Part shown: positions 34,855 to 43,488 of the stretch, piece by piece
Numbering within the stretch: position 1 is the stretch's first letter
Layout: each line of letters begins with the position of its first letter
DNA from: a virus
UHGV virus genome: UHGV-0277313
Direction: 5' to 3' (one strand)
Length of the DNA: 64,000 nt
Translations under genes and position numbers: made by a program
Notes under the pieces: generated by a model
What the model saw: the letters and a program-made list of their open reading frames with translations, nothing else
Databases searched by the model: none
Told to the model about the DNA's origin: nothing

Positions 34855-35115
34855 ATGAATACTTTATTTGAAAATGTAAAAAAACAATTTCTTTTAGAAG
34901 TGAAACAAGGAAAGTTAAGGAATCTTTTAGGTGTACCTGAAGATAAGCAAATAGAAGATGTTTATACATCAGGTAAGAAGTTAGCTGAAGATTTATTAAA
35001 GAAGGTTGATTATGAATCTGCAATAAAGATGTTGGTATTTGCAGCAAACATGAATCCTGAAATAAAAGTTTTAAAATCTGCTGTAAATGCTTGCAAACGT
35101 TTAAATGATCAATAA
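34855..35115 (+). CDS. hypothetical small protein
   Basis: 86-aa ORF, ATGA coupling to the upstream gene. Confidence 0.4.
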   Translation: MNTLFENVKKQFLLEVKQGKLRNLLGVPEDKQIEDVYTSGKKLAEDLLKKVDYESAIKMLVFAANMNPEIKVLKSAVNACKRLNDQ

Positions 35116-35173
35116 AAGGTTCTTCATTGATAGTCTATTTGCTTTTGGCTAAAGCAATTAAAGTAGAATTATC

Positions 35174-35485
35174 ATGTCTAGTGAAAAAGATTTTATAGAA
35201 TTTTTAATATTCATGAATAAATTTGTAGTTTTATGGGAACTGCTTAAATATTCACCTGATTCATGGGAAAGTTATTCTATTGTAGAAGATGAAAAAACTT
35301 TATGTTGTTCACTGGTAGATAAAGATGGCAATGAAATTACAGATGATATTTTAGATAATTTTGTTGAAATTTCTTTAAATAGTGTAGGTAAAGTTTTTTA
35401 TGAACGGTATATTTCAGGAGAGTTCTTTAAGAAAGAAGAGATTGCTGAAATCATAAGAGATGGGTTGCATTTCAAATATTTGTGA
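35174..35485 (+). CDS. hypothetical small protein
   Basis: 103-aa ORF. Confidence 0.4.
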   Translation: MSSEKDFIEFLIFMNKFVVLWELLKYSPDSWESYSIVEDEKTLCCSLVDKDGNEITDDILDNFVEISLNSVGKVFYERYISGEFFKKEEIAEIIRDGLHFKYL

Positions 35486-35492
35486 GATTGTC

Positions 35493-36410
35493 ATGACAGA
35501 AAATAAAGAAACATTAATAGATGTTAACGATTTTGTATTATGTCCAAATGGTGAGTTAGGTATAATACAATGTTTTTTGTCAGATGAACTTGCGCAGGTC
35601 AAGAATTCTTTTGGCGTTAAATCGTTTAAAACTGAAAATTTGGTTAAACTAAAAAATATTTTTAAAGAAGATGAACAATCAAATCCTTATTTTCGTGATG
35701 AGTTAAATCCTGATTTGTTTGAAGATATGAGATTGATTCCTGAAGTAAAAGAATCAATTTTAAATATTGTAAACGAGTTTGTTAAAGAGATTGAAGATGA
35801 AGAGTTTAAATTACCAATTGTTGATATTGAGATAGTCGGTTCAAACGCTTCTTACAACTATACAGAGTTGTCAGATGTTGATGTTCATATAGTTGCAGAT
35901 ATTGAGAAAATAGAAACAGCAAAAACAAATGATTTTTTTGTAAAAAGTTATTTTGATGCAAAAAGAAAAATATTCTTTCAGCAACACGACATTCGTATAA
36001 AAGGTCATCCAATTGAACTTTATATCGAAGATTCTAGAACGCCTGGTGTTTATAATGGTGTTTATTCAGTTTTAAATAATAGATGGATTCAAGTTCCGTC
36101 AAAGGAAAAGGTTCAAATTAATACAACAGTTGTTCAGAATAAATTTGATAAATATCACGTAGAGATTTCAAGTTTAATCAATGAGCCTGGTCATATTAAA
36201 GAAGCTTTAAAAGTTTATAAACATTTATTTGATATGCGTAAATCTGGTTTGAAGAATGGCGGAGAGTTTTCGTCAGAAAATATTGTTTTTAAGAAGTTAC
36301 GTGATGCTGATCTGATTGATCGTTTAAGAGATTATATGTATAAAGAAAGAGATAAAGAACTTTCTTTAGAATCAGCAGAACAAGTTATAAAAGAAATATT
36401 TGTTGTTTAA
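35493..36410 (+). CDS. Pol-beta-superfamily nucleotidyltransferase (minimal NTase fold)
   Basis: IVGSNASYNYTELSDVDVHIV fits hG[GS]-x10-DhDh exactly; a downstream acidic beta strand (PIELYIED) is a candidate third carboxylate; ATG at 35493 avoids overlap with the previous ORF (tracked start 35460 also possible). Confidence 0.45.
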   Translation: MTENKETLIDVNDFVLCPNGELGIIQCFLSDELAQVKNSFGVKSFKTENLVKLKNIFKEDEQSNPYFRDELNPDLFEDMRLIPEVKESILNIVNEFVKEIEDEEFKLPIVDIEIVGSNASYNYTELSDVDVHIVADIEKIETAKTNDFFVKSYFDAKRKIFFQQHDIRIKGHPIELYIEDSRTPGVYNGVYSVLNNRWIQVPSKEKVQINTTVVQNKFDKYHVEISSLINEPGHIKEALKVYKHLFDMRKSGLKNGGEFSSENIVFKKLRDADLIDRLRDYMYKERDKELSLESAEQVIKEIFVV

Positions 36411-36421
36411 AGGTTTTCGTC

Positions 36422-37027
36422 ATGGGAAATGAAACATTCAATGGTAAAGTATTACAAGCTTTAGATTTAAAAGCGGATAAAGATTTGTTGAACGTTTCTT
36501 CGGAAACGTTACAAACAAAAGTTGAAGCTACATTGTATATGCTTGAACGTTTACCTAATTCTGAATACAGGTTTGTTCATAGATTAGAAAATCCAAAATT
36601 GTCTTTATACATTGAAGGCAGTGTTATTTATGATTCTGAAACAAAAACAACATATGTTAAAACAATCGACGGTCATGAGAAATTAGTCTATGCATCGCAA
36701 GTTCCAGCAGTTACAGAATATTGGTCAGATGGTGTTGGAAATTGGTATTGTAAATGGAATAATGGTTTGTTAGAACAAGGTGGTGTTGTTGAGGGAAACG
36801 GTAATTTTGGTGCAACAACAATTACAATGAAAAAATCTTTTCTAAATACAAATTATTCTTTAATAGTTACACCAAATTTAGAAAATGAATCAATTTTTAC
36901 TAATACTGATGCAATCGGAACGACAGCTTATCTTGCGGATGTTGCTGGTGTAGTTACAAATAAAACAGTGAATAGTTTTAAAATTTCTTCAAGATCAACG
37001 CATTGTTGGTTCGCTAAAGGATTTTAA
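36422..37027 (+). CDS. hypothetical protein
   Basis: 201-aa ORF. Confidence 0.4.
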   Translation: MGNETFNGKVLQALDLKADKDLLNVSSETLQTKVEATLYMLERLPNSEYRFVHRLENPKLSLYIEGSVIYDSETKTTYVKTIDGHEKLVYASQVPAVTEYWSDGVGNWYCKWNNGLLEQGGVVEGNGNFGATTITMKKSFLNTNYSLIVTPNLENESIFTNTDAIGTTAYLADVAGVVTNKTVNSFKISSRSTHCWFAKGF

Positions 37028-37065
37028 AAACTTCACACAAATCAATGAAATTTTAAGAAAAACAC

Positions 37066-37094
37066 TTGCAAAATTTCATCATTTGAGTTAATAT
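37066..37094 (+). promoter_or_regulatory. sigma70-like promoter upstream of tnpB
   Basis: TTGCAA (37066-37071), 17-nt spacer, TAATAT (37089-37094); about 30 nt upstream of the tnpB ATG. Confidence 0.45.
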
Positions 37095-37123
37095 ATTAAA
37101 TTGAGAAAAGAAGCAAGAGAAAA

Positions 37124-38311
37124 ATGATTCGTAGCTCTGCATTGACGTTAAAATTTGCAACAAGCAAAAAGTTGAACACATTGGATTTGGTGTTCAATGA
37201 ATATGCCCGTGTTGTGAATTTGTATATTGATGCCTTGAATCAAACAAAAGTACTGCCCAAATTTACTAATTTCAAAATGGGTACTTGGCTATCAGCCAGA
37301 TTGCAACAATGCGCTGGCAAACAAGCAACTGAAATTGTGAAATCCACAAGGAAGAAAGACAAAGAGATTCGTTTAAAGAAATACAAGAAAATCTATAAGT
37401 ATTTCTTAAATACACAACGGCAAAAGAAATTTATTGGTAAGAAATTCAGTGAATTAAATCTAAATTACAAAATAAAACCAAGATTTGATGGTAAAACAAT
37501 CAATTTGGATAATAGGTTTTGGTCTTTAAATACATCAACCAACTCATTTGATTATTGGGTTAAACTTGGTTCCATTGGTAATAAAATTGGTTTATTGCTT
37601 CCATTGAAAGAGCATAAACATAACAAGAAATTCAGTAATTGGAAACGAGCTGGTTCTTGCCGTCTGCTGAGAAATAACGGGAAATTTAAGATAGAGTTAA
37701 TTTATGAAAAAGCAACTCCTGTTATTCATAAACCAAATAAAATACTTGCAATAGATGCTGGAATTAATTGCCTGATGTCTTGTTCTGACGGGCGTCAGAT
37801 TGGATTGGAATTAAAGAAACTACTAAATGAACTTAACAAGAAACAACAAAAATCAAAATCATACAATCGCAAATTGAATCAGATACACAACTACGTCCGT
37901 TGGTGTGTCAATCAATTGGATTGGAGTAATCTGTCTGATTTGGTTATTGAAAATCTAAAATATATTCAGATTGGAACAAAACAAAAAGTGAACAAAGCAA
38001 CCCGTAGGTTGCTTTCTAAATGGAATTTGGGTTTATGGCATCGCGCTATAGAACAGAAATGCGAAGCAAACTGTGTTTGTTTGCATTATGTTGAACCTAG
38101 ATACACAAGCCAGACTTGTCCGCGTTGTGGTAACGTGGACAAGGGGAATCGGGATGGTGTGTTGTTTAGATGCACAAGTTGCGGCTATGAAGCCAATGCA
38201 GATTTGAACGCGTCTATCAATATACTGAACCGATTTCGTCAGGAGAGGTTGAATTTATCAGCCGATATAGTCCCTGATATGGCAAAAGCTGATTTCATTG
38301 TTTTTCATTAA
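37124..38311 (+). CDS. tnpB: IS200/IS605-family TnpB (OrfB) RuvC-like nuclease, orphan (no tnpA)
   Basis: RuvC-I (ILAIDAGIN); RuvC-II glutamate (DLVIENLKYIQ); zinc finger (CPRCG...CTSCG); RuvC-III (NADLNASINIL); GC visibly higher than flanking phage DNA. Confidence 0.8.
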   Translation: MIRSSALTLKFATSKKLNTLDLVFNEYARVVNLYIDALNQTKVLPKFTNFKMGTWLSARLQQCAGKQATEIVKSTRKKDKEIRLKKYKKIYKYFLNTQRQKKFIGKKFSELNLNYKIKPRFDGKTINLDNRFWSLNTSTNSFDYWVKLGSIGNKIGLLLPLKEHKHNKKFSNWKRAGSCRLLRNNGKFKIELIYEKATPVIHKPNKILAIDAGINCLMSCSDGRQIGLELKKLLNELNKKQQKSKSYNRKLNQIHNYVRWCVNQLDWSNLSDLVIENLKYIQIGTKQKVNKATRRLLSKWNLGLWHRAIEQKCEANCVCLHYVEPRYTSQTCPRCGNVDKGNRDGVLFRCTSCGYEANADLNASINILNRFRQERLNLSADIVPDMAKADFIVFH

Positions 38312-38330
38312 AATTGGAGACTATAGCGGG

Positions 38331-39284
38331 ATGAATATTTTAGTTACTGGTGCTGCTGGTTTTATTGGTTCACATTTGTTTAATAAGTTGTGCAACAATA
38401 AACATACAGTTGTTGGTATTGATAGTTTTACTGGCGATCTTTCTTTAAAAGATATTAAAGAATCTAGAGTTGATAACTTTTTAAGTAAAAGTGGTTTATT
38501 TAAAAAATGTGATATTTTTGATGAATATCTAAATACATTATTCGAACAATATAAATTTGATGTTGTGATACATTTAGCAGCACATTCAGGAGTTCGTGCT
38601 AGTCTTTTAGCACCTGAAGAGTATTATAGAAATAATGTTTTAGGTACTAATCATTTACTAAATCTGATGGTCAAGCATGATTGTAAAAACATTGTTTTTG
38701 CTTCATCATCATCTGTATATGGAAATTGTAAAGATGTAGAATTTAAAGAAACTGCGGTAGGTTTAAAACCTATATCACCGTATGCAGCAACAAAATTGGC
38801 ATGTGAAGAAATGCTTTTTACATATCATAATTTATATGAAATGAATGTTTCATGTTTACGTTTCTTTACTGTATACGGTCCAGAACAAAGACCAGATTTA
38901 GCAATACATAAATTTACAAATAAAATTCTTAATAAAGAAGTTATCAGTGTATTCGGAGATGGTCATAATGTTCGTGACTATACATATATTGATGACATTG
39001 TGAATGGAATCGTTTCTGCTATAAATTATACAGTCTATAATAAAGACGTTTACGATATATTTAATTTAGGTGGTGGAGAGCCTATTAGCATAACTGAAAT
39101 GATTCGTGTGATTGCTTGTAATTTAGGAGAAATTCCTGAAGTTGTTCATGTGTCAATGCAACCTGGTGATGTTGAAAAAACAGTTAGTAATTGTGATAAA
39201 GCAAAAGAGTTGTTAGGGTATTCCCCTAAAGTATCTTTTAATGATGGTATAAAAGAATTTTTAAAATGGAAGTTAAAACATTGA
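38331..39284 (+). CDS. NAD-dependent nucleotide-sugar epimerase/dehydratase (SDR family)
   Basis: ILVTGAAGFIGSHL Rossmann motif and YAATKLACE (YxxxK catalytic pair); ATG at 38331 with GGAG RBS (tracked start 38298 is a TTG inside the tnpB 3' end). Confidence 0.8.
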   Translation: MNILVTGAAGFIGSHLFNKLCNNKHTVVGIDSFTGDLSLKDIKESRVDNFLSKSGLFKKCDIFDEYLNTLFEQYKFDVVIHLAAHSGVRASLLAPEEYYRNNVLGTNHLLNLMVKHDCKNIVFASSSSVYGNCKDVEFKETAVGLKPISPYAATKLACEEMLFTYHNLYEMNVSCLRFFTVYGPEQRPDLAIHKFTNKILNKEVISVFGDGHNVRDYTYIDDIVNGIVSAINYTVYNKDVYDIFNLGGGEPISITEMIRVIACNLGEIPEVVHVSMQPGDVEKTVSNCDKAKELLGYSPKVSFNDGIKEFLKWKLKH

Positions 39285-40081
39285 ATATTTTGTATTCACT
39301 CGATGATAATTTCATTAATTATACGAAGACATCAATGTTGTCTTTATTAAATAATTCAAAAGAGTTCGTGAATTTTTATTTGTTAACAAATTCAGAAGTT
39401 ATTAGTGAAAAAGATTTTGATGTCTTAAGAAGAGTTCGAGATTGTAACATTAAGTTAGTTTTTGTGCCTGAATCAAAATATAAGTTTTTAGAATCAAGAA
39501 AAATGTTTCAGCATTTAAGTGTGGCAACGTATTTTCGTCATTTTGCATCAGAATTAATAGAAGATGTATCAAAAGCTGTTTATATAGATTCAGATACTTT
39601 AATTGTTAGTGATATAAATAATATACTTAATGAAAATGTTGGAAGTTTTGAGTATGTACGTGGTGTAGAAGATGCCGCATCAGAAAAGAAAATGAAATTG
39701 TGGGATATAAATAGATACATAAATGCAGGTGTTTTGTTAATGAATCTAGATTATGCAAGAAAAGATTTGAATGAGTTTTATGAAAAGATTGCATACTTTT
39801 ATCAAAGATTCGGAAATAAAACAATATCTGGCGATCAGGATATGTTAAATTTTGTATTTAGACCAAAGTATATTCCATTTAGATATAATTTATATCATCC
39901 TTTTTTTAATAAACAGTTTGTACCAGCCAGTTGTTCACAAGATGTTTATTACGAAGAGTGTAAAACACCTGTTGTTATACATTTTGTTGGTAGTAGAAAA
40001 CCGTGGATAAGTGACGTTACTCATCCCTATAAAAGTTTATGGGAAAGTACGTTTAATTTATTGCAACATTTAGATAATTAA
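39266..40081 (+). CDS. glycosyltransferase family 8 (LPS alpha-1,3-galactosyl/glucosyltransferase-like)
   Basis: LNILYSLDDNFINYTKTSMLSLL N-terminal signature, YIDSDTLIV DxD motif, INAGVLLMNL and GDQDMLN motifs typical of GT8 (RfaJ/LgtC type). Confidence 0.75.
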   Translation: MEVKTLNILYSLDDNFINYTKTSMLSLLNNSKEFVNFYLLTNSEVISEKDFDVLRRVRDCNIKLVFVPESKYKFLESRKMFQHLSVATYFRHFASELIEDVSKAVYIDSDTLIVSDINNILNENVGSFEYVRGVEDAASEKKMKLWDINRYINAGVLLMNLDYARKDLNEFYEKIAYFYQRFGNKTISGDQDMLNFVFRPKYIPFRYNLYHPFFNKQFVPASCSQDVYYEECKTPVVIHFVGSRKPWISDVTHPYKSLWESTFNLLQHLDN

Positions 40082-40132
40082 GGGTTTGTTCTTTAATTCA
40101 GTTGTTTTTAATTTCTATTTAGGTGATTTAAT

Positions 40133-40954
40133 ATGTCTGAAGATAAAAAAGATATTGCCGGTGAATGGATTAGATTTAAACTTCAAGAAGCTTTAAAAAA
40201 AGATCCTTTGTATAAAGACAATGAAGAAAAGAAAGCTGTCATGAAAGATGATGAAGTCGATGTGCATGACGGGATTTCTGATTTTTTGTCACGTGTCTTA
40301 TCAAAAGATGACATTAAGAAATTCAATTATCTTAATGGGTTCAATCCAGAAAGAGAAATACATAAAGAAGTTGTTCCAAATCCTGAAAAAGAAAAGATTA
40401 AAGAATCTGTTTCTATTAAAGAAGATGGTGCAGATAATGTGGAAAACACGTCTGTTGCAAACGAGGATGAAGCTTCTGCCGTTTCAAATGTAAGTAATGT
40501 TGAGAGTGATTCAAAAGATGAATCAGGTGATTTAGATGCGACTTTAGATGTTACTGATGTTGATAACAATTCAGATGATGAAAGCGCTGATGAGTCAAGC
40601 GAGCCTGAAGAAGTAAAAAATAAGGGCGTTGGGGCTTTTGACCGCATTCTTGAAAAATGTGAAAAAGATGAAATCTTATCAAAAGCTATTGCAGCTTTGA
40701 ACGAGCCTGATATTGCTGAAGCAAGAAAATCTTTTTATGGTTGGTTCGATTCGTTTGACGATGAACATTCTTCAGAAGAAGTACCAACAGAAGATGAAAC
40801 TGTTTCTGATACTGATGAAGATTCAGAAGAAGATAAAGCTGCTGATGAAAAGCCAGTTGAAAATGCAGAAAACAGTACTGATGCTGGAAATGAAGAAGCT
40901 AAAAATAATTCCGAACAAGAAGATTCATCAGCTTTAGATGATTTGTTTGCATAA
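40133..40954 (+). CDS. highly acidic D/E/S-rich protein
   Basis: 273 aa, very low predicted pI, ends ...SSALDDLFA; followed by a terminator. Confidence 0.45.
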   Translation: MSEDKKDIAGEWIRFKLQEALKKDPLYKDNEEKKAVMKDDEVDVHDGISDFLSRVLSKDDIKKFNYLNGFNPEREIHKEVVPNPEKEKIKESVSIKEDGADNVENTSVANEDEASAVSNVSNVESDSKDESGDLDATLDVTDVDNNSDDESADESSEPEEVKNKGVGAFDRILEKCEKDEILSKAIAALNEPDIAEARKSFYGWFDSFDDEHSSEEVPTEDETVSDTDEDSEEDKAADEKPVENAENSTDAGNEEAKNNSEQEDSSALDDLFA

Positions 40955-40979
40955 ACTTTTAAGAATTAAAAACAACATG

Positions 40980-41010
40980 AAAAGGCTACTGTTAGTAGCC
41001 TTTTTTGTTT
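40980..41010 (+). terminator. rho-independent terminator
   Basis: 10-bp stem aaaggctact/agtagccttt with 3-nt loop, followed by TTTTTTGTTT. Confidence 0.7.
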
Positions 41011-41046
41011 CAAAGCTAAATTTTATTATATTTTTTAAAAAAGTTC

Positions 41047-41075
41047 TTGACATGTTATATGTTTTATGTAATTCT
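41047..41075 (+). promoter_or_regulatory. possible promoter for the HU gene (-35 element only)
   Basis: perfect TTGACA at 41047-41052 but no well-spaced TATAAT (best is TGTAAT at 14-nt spacing); tentative. Confidence 0.25.
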
Positions 41076-41131
41076 TATTTTCGAAAAGGGAGTTTATCTT
41101 CCTTTAGGTTAAACTATATCGGAGACTATTT

Positions 41132-41395
41132 ATGATTAAATCTGAATTTGCTACAAAAGTTGCTGAAAAGACTGAATTGACAAAAGCTAAAGGTGCTGAA
41201 GTCGTTGAAGCTATGTTGAGCACTTTGGTCGAAGCTTTGAAGGCTGGCGAAGAAGTTAACTTCCTAGGTTTTGGTAAGTTTGAAGTACAGACAGTTAAGG
41301 CTCGTCAGTCCCGTAATCCTCGTACAGGTGAAAAGATTATGGTTCCTGAACATAAACGTGTTCGCTTTAAAGTCAGCAAAAAATTAGAAGTTTAA
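41132..41395 (+). CDS. hup: HU/IHF-family histone-like DNA-binding protein
   Basis: 87 aa; MIKSEF...KAKGAEVVEAMLSTLVEALKAGEEVNFLGFGKFEVQTVKARQSRNPRTGEKIMVPEHKRVRFKVSKKL is a textbook HU sequence (arm RNPRTGE); GGAG RBS. Confidence 0.85.
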   Translation: MIKSEFATKVAEKTELTKAKGAEVVEAMLSTLVEALKAGEEVNFLGFGKFEVQTVKARQSRNPRTGEKIMVPEHKRVRFKVSKKLEV

Positions 41396-41414
41396 TAAAT
41401 TAAAGATGTTTGAG

Positions 41415-41455
41415 AGGTACCCGGTATTGTTCTATATGCCGGGTACCTTTTTTTA
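41415..41455 (+). terminator. rho-independent terminator
   Basis: 10-bp stem aggtacccgg/ccgggtacct (41415-41424/41439-41448) followed by a 7-T run. Confidence 0.7.
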
Positions 41456-41467
41456 TAGGCTAATTTA

Positions 41468-42061
41468 ATGGGTTTTTATAGGAAGAAAATAGCTTTTATC
41501 ATTGGAAACGGTGAATCAAGAAAGCCAGTGAAGTTAGATTTTTTACGGGAACAAGGTATTATTTATGGGTGTAATGCACTTTATAGAGATTTTTATCCCG
41601 ATGTGCTGGTGTCATTAGATGAAGCAATGACAAAAGAAATTATTGATGCGAAATATGAAGGTTGTCATATTTACAAAGATAAAAATAAAAGCAAATTAGG
41701 TGTTTTTCTTGTTGATCAAGAAGGAACAAAAGTTACATTAAATAAAGGTTGGTCATCAGGTGCCACTGCAGCCTTTTTAGCTGCTTCATGTGTTGAGTTT
41801 GATGATATTTATTTACTAGGTTTTGATGTTTATAAAACTAGATTTGTGGACAATGTTTATAAAGGTACGGCAAATTATGTTGCTGCAAATGCAAAACCAA
41901 TTAACACAGTACAGTTTCGTGAACAATTAGGTCGTGTTATGAAAAACGCACCTTATAAACATTTTATTTGGGTAACTGATTTCGGTCAAAAAGTGTGGGA
42001 TAACGCAGACAATTGTGACATCATGAAAGTGTCTGATTTTAAACAGAAATTTGGTTGCTAA
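41468..42061 (+). CDS. hypothetical protein, possible DUF115/Maf-like (nucleotide-sugar-binding) fold
   Basis: IAFIIGNGESRK...GIIYGCNALYRDFYPDVLVSLD and GWSSGATAAFLAASCVEFDDIYLLGFD resemble the two conserved blocks of the DUF115/MptE-like family; from memory, weak. Confidence 0.3.
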   Translation: MGFYRKKIAFIIGNGESRKPVKLDFLREQGIIYGCNALYRDFYPDVLVSLDEAMTKEIIDAKYEGCHIYKDKNKSKLGVFLVDQEGTKVTLNKGWSSGATAAFLAASCVEFDDIYLLGFDVYKTRFVDNVYKGTANYVAANAKPINTVQFREQLGRVMKNAPYKHFIWVTDFGQKVWDNADNCDIMKVSDFKQKFGC

Positions 42062-42598
42062 ATGGCTTATCAGTTAGAATTATTTCCTAAAGAACAGACG
42101 TTTTGGCGTATTACGGCTGATGAGTTAAAAGTCGCAATAATGAAGAAGTATGTGTTTGAAAAACATTATGAATTAGCTGCAAGTGAAGTACATTATTGTG
42201 ATATAGTCATTACAAACATAGATGCAAATCCAATTTTAGAAGTTGAAACGAAGATTAGTTATAATGACTTTTTAGCTGATTTTGATAAAGAAAAACATGA
42301 AAAGTATTTAAATCTTGAAGGTATGGTTCCAGATTATTTTTTCTTTGGCATTCCAGATTATTTAGAAAAACAAGTTTTAGAGTTTTTAGCAAATTCAAAA
42401 TATGATTATTACGGCGTAATTGTTGTAAATTCTGTTGGTTTTGTAACAACTGCAAAAAGGGCTAAAAGGTTTCCAACATCGTCAGCAAACAGACGCCAGT
42501 TTAAAGAGTATTTACTGAAAAGGGAAACAAGACAATTGATTAATTTTTATGACGAGAAGAATTTACAGAATTACTCTTCAGGAATTTCTTTGATTTAA
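42062..42598 (+). CDS. hypothetical protein
   Basis: 178-aa ORF; ATG overlaps the upstream stop. Confidence 0.4.
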   Translation: MAYQLELFPKEQTFWRITADELKVAIMKKYVFEKHYELAASEVHYCDIVITNIDANPILEVETKISYNDFLADFDKEKHEKYLNLEGMVPDYFFFGIPDYLEKQVLEFLANSKYDYYGVIVVNSVGFVTTAKRAKRFPTSSANRRQFKEYLLKRETRQLINFYDEKNLQNYSSGISLI

Positions 42599-42601
42599 GT
42601 C

Positions 42602-43117
42602 TTGACATATGAACTGAATCTTGATAATCTTTATGAAAGTTTCAAGGAGTTTGTAATGTCTAAAAAAGAATATAAAGCTTATGTAAATTATTTGCCTCAT
42701 TTTCAAGGTGAGAAGCTAAAGTATGCAACAGCAGGTTCAATTGGTTTTGATTTGAATGCTTCTGTTGAAGATACTGTGACAATTAATAGTGGCAAACGTT
42801 TGCTAATTCCAACAGGAATTAGAATTTATTCACCTGATACTGCATGGTTTATTTATCCACGTTCAGGTTTAGCTGCAAAGTTAGGTGTGAACTTAATGAA
42901 TTGTGTAGCTGTAATTGATAGTGATTATTTAGGTGAAGTCAAGGTTTGTATGTTTAATTCTGGTGATAGTGAATTTTTAGTAGGGCCTGGCATGAGGATT
43001 GCACAAGGTGTTATTAATAATGTAGATACGTTCAAATTTATTGAAGTATCAGACGAAGAATTTGATTCTTTCAATACTGAACGTGGCGCTGGTGGTTTTG
43101 GAAGTACGGGTGTTTAA
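42602..43117 (+). CDS. dut: dUTP diphosphatase (dUTPase)
   Basis: all five dUTPase motifs: AGSIGFDL, (P)RSGLAAKLGV, AVIDSDYLGEVKV, and C-terminal RGAGGFGSTG; true start may be the internal MSKKEY (42656). Confidence 0.8.
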   Translation: MTYELNLDNLYESFKEFVMSKKEYKAYVNYLPHFQGEKLKYATAGSIGFDLNASVEDTVTINSGKRLLIPTGIRIYSPDTAWFIYPRSGLAAKLGVNLMNCVAVIDSDYLGEVKVCMFNSGDSEFLVGPGMRIAQGVINNVDTFKFIEVSDEEFDSFNTERGAGGFGSTGV

Positions 43118-43119
43118 TT

Positions 43120-43476
43120 TTGGCTAAAAATGTTATTAAAAATTCGATAAATAAAAATGATTTAGGACATTCAGTATCGTCTTCTGCTGAAATGTTGTTA
43201 GTTGATCATTCAGATTATGGATTGAAATTTGCTTTAGTTTCAAGTGGTTCGTCAACAATTGCTGGTTTGTATGATGATTTAGCAAAAGCTGATATCGATA
43301 GAAAAGGTTTTACAAACATCGAAAGTGGAGTGAAACCTATAGATATGGTTGATTCTGTAAGTGTGAAGAGAGCTTCAAAAAAATCAGTAAGAATACATTT
43401 TATGGATGAACAAACTATATCAAAATATTTAGTGAAATGTACAAAAGTAATGTATGACGATAAAACATCTATTTGA
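43120..43476 (+). CDS. hypothetical protein
   Basis: 118-aa ORF. Confidence 0.4.
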   Translation: MAKNVIKNSINKNDLGHSVSSSAEMLLVDHSDYGLKFALVSSGSSTIAGLYDDLAKADIDRKGFTNIESGVKPIDMVDSVSVKRASKKSVRIHFMDEQTISKYLVKCTKVMYDDKTSI

Positions 43477-43488
43477 TAGGTTTATTTA

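Noticed and set aside
38298-38330. Tracked ORF starts that use TTG/GTG (38298, 47239, 51299, 58260, 59938) and would overlap upstream genes.
   Set aside because: In each case an in-frame ATG with a GGAG-like RBS lies a few codons downstream (38331, 47269, 51311, 58272, 59926). The ATG starts were used.
41047-41075. Calling a full sigma70 promoter upstream of the HU gene.
   Set aside because: The -35 element is a perfect TTGACA, but no -10 hexamer sits at 16-18-nt spacing (best is TGTAAT at 14 nt). Kept only as a low-confidence regulatory element.
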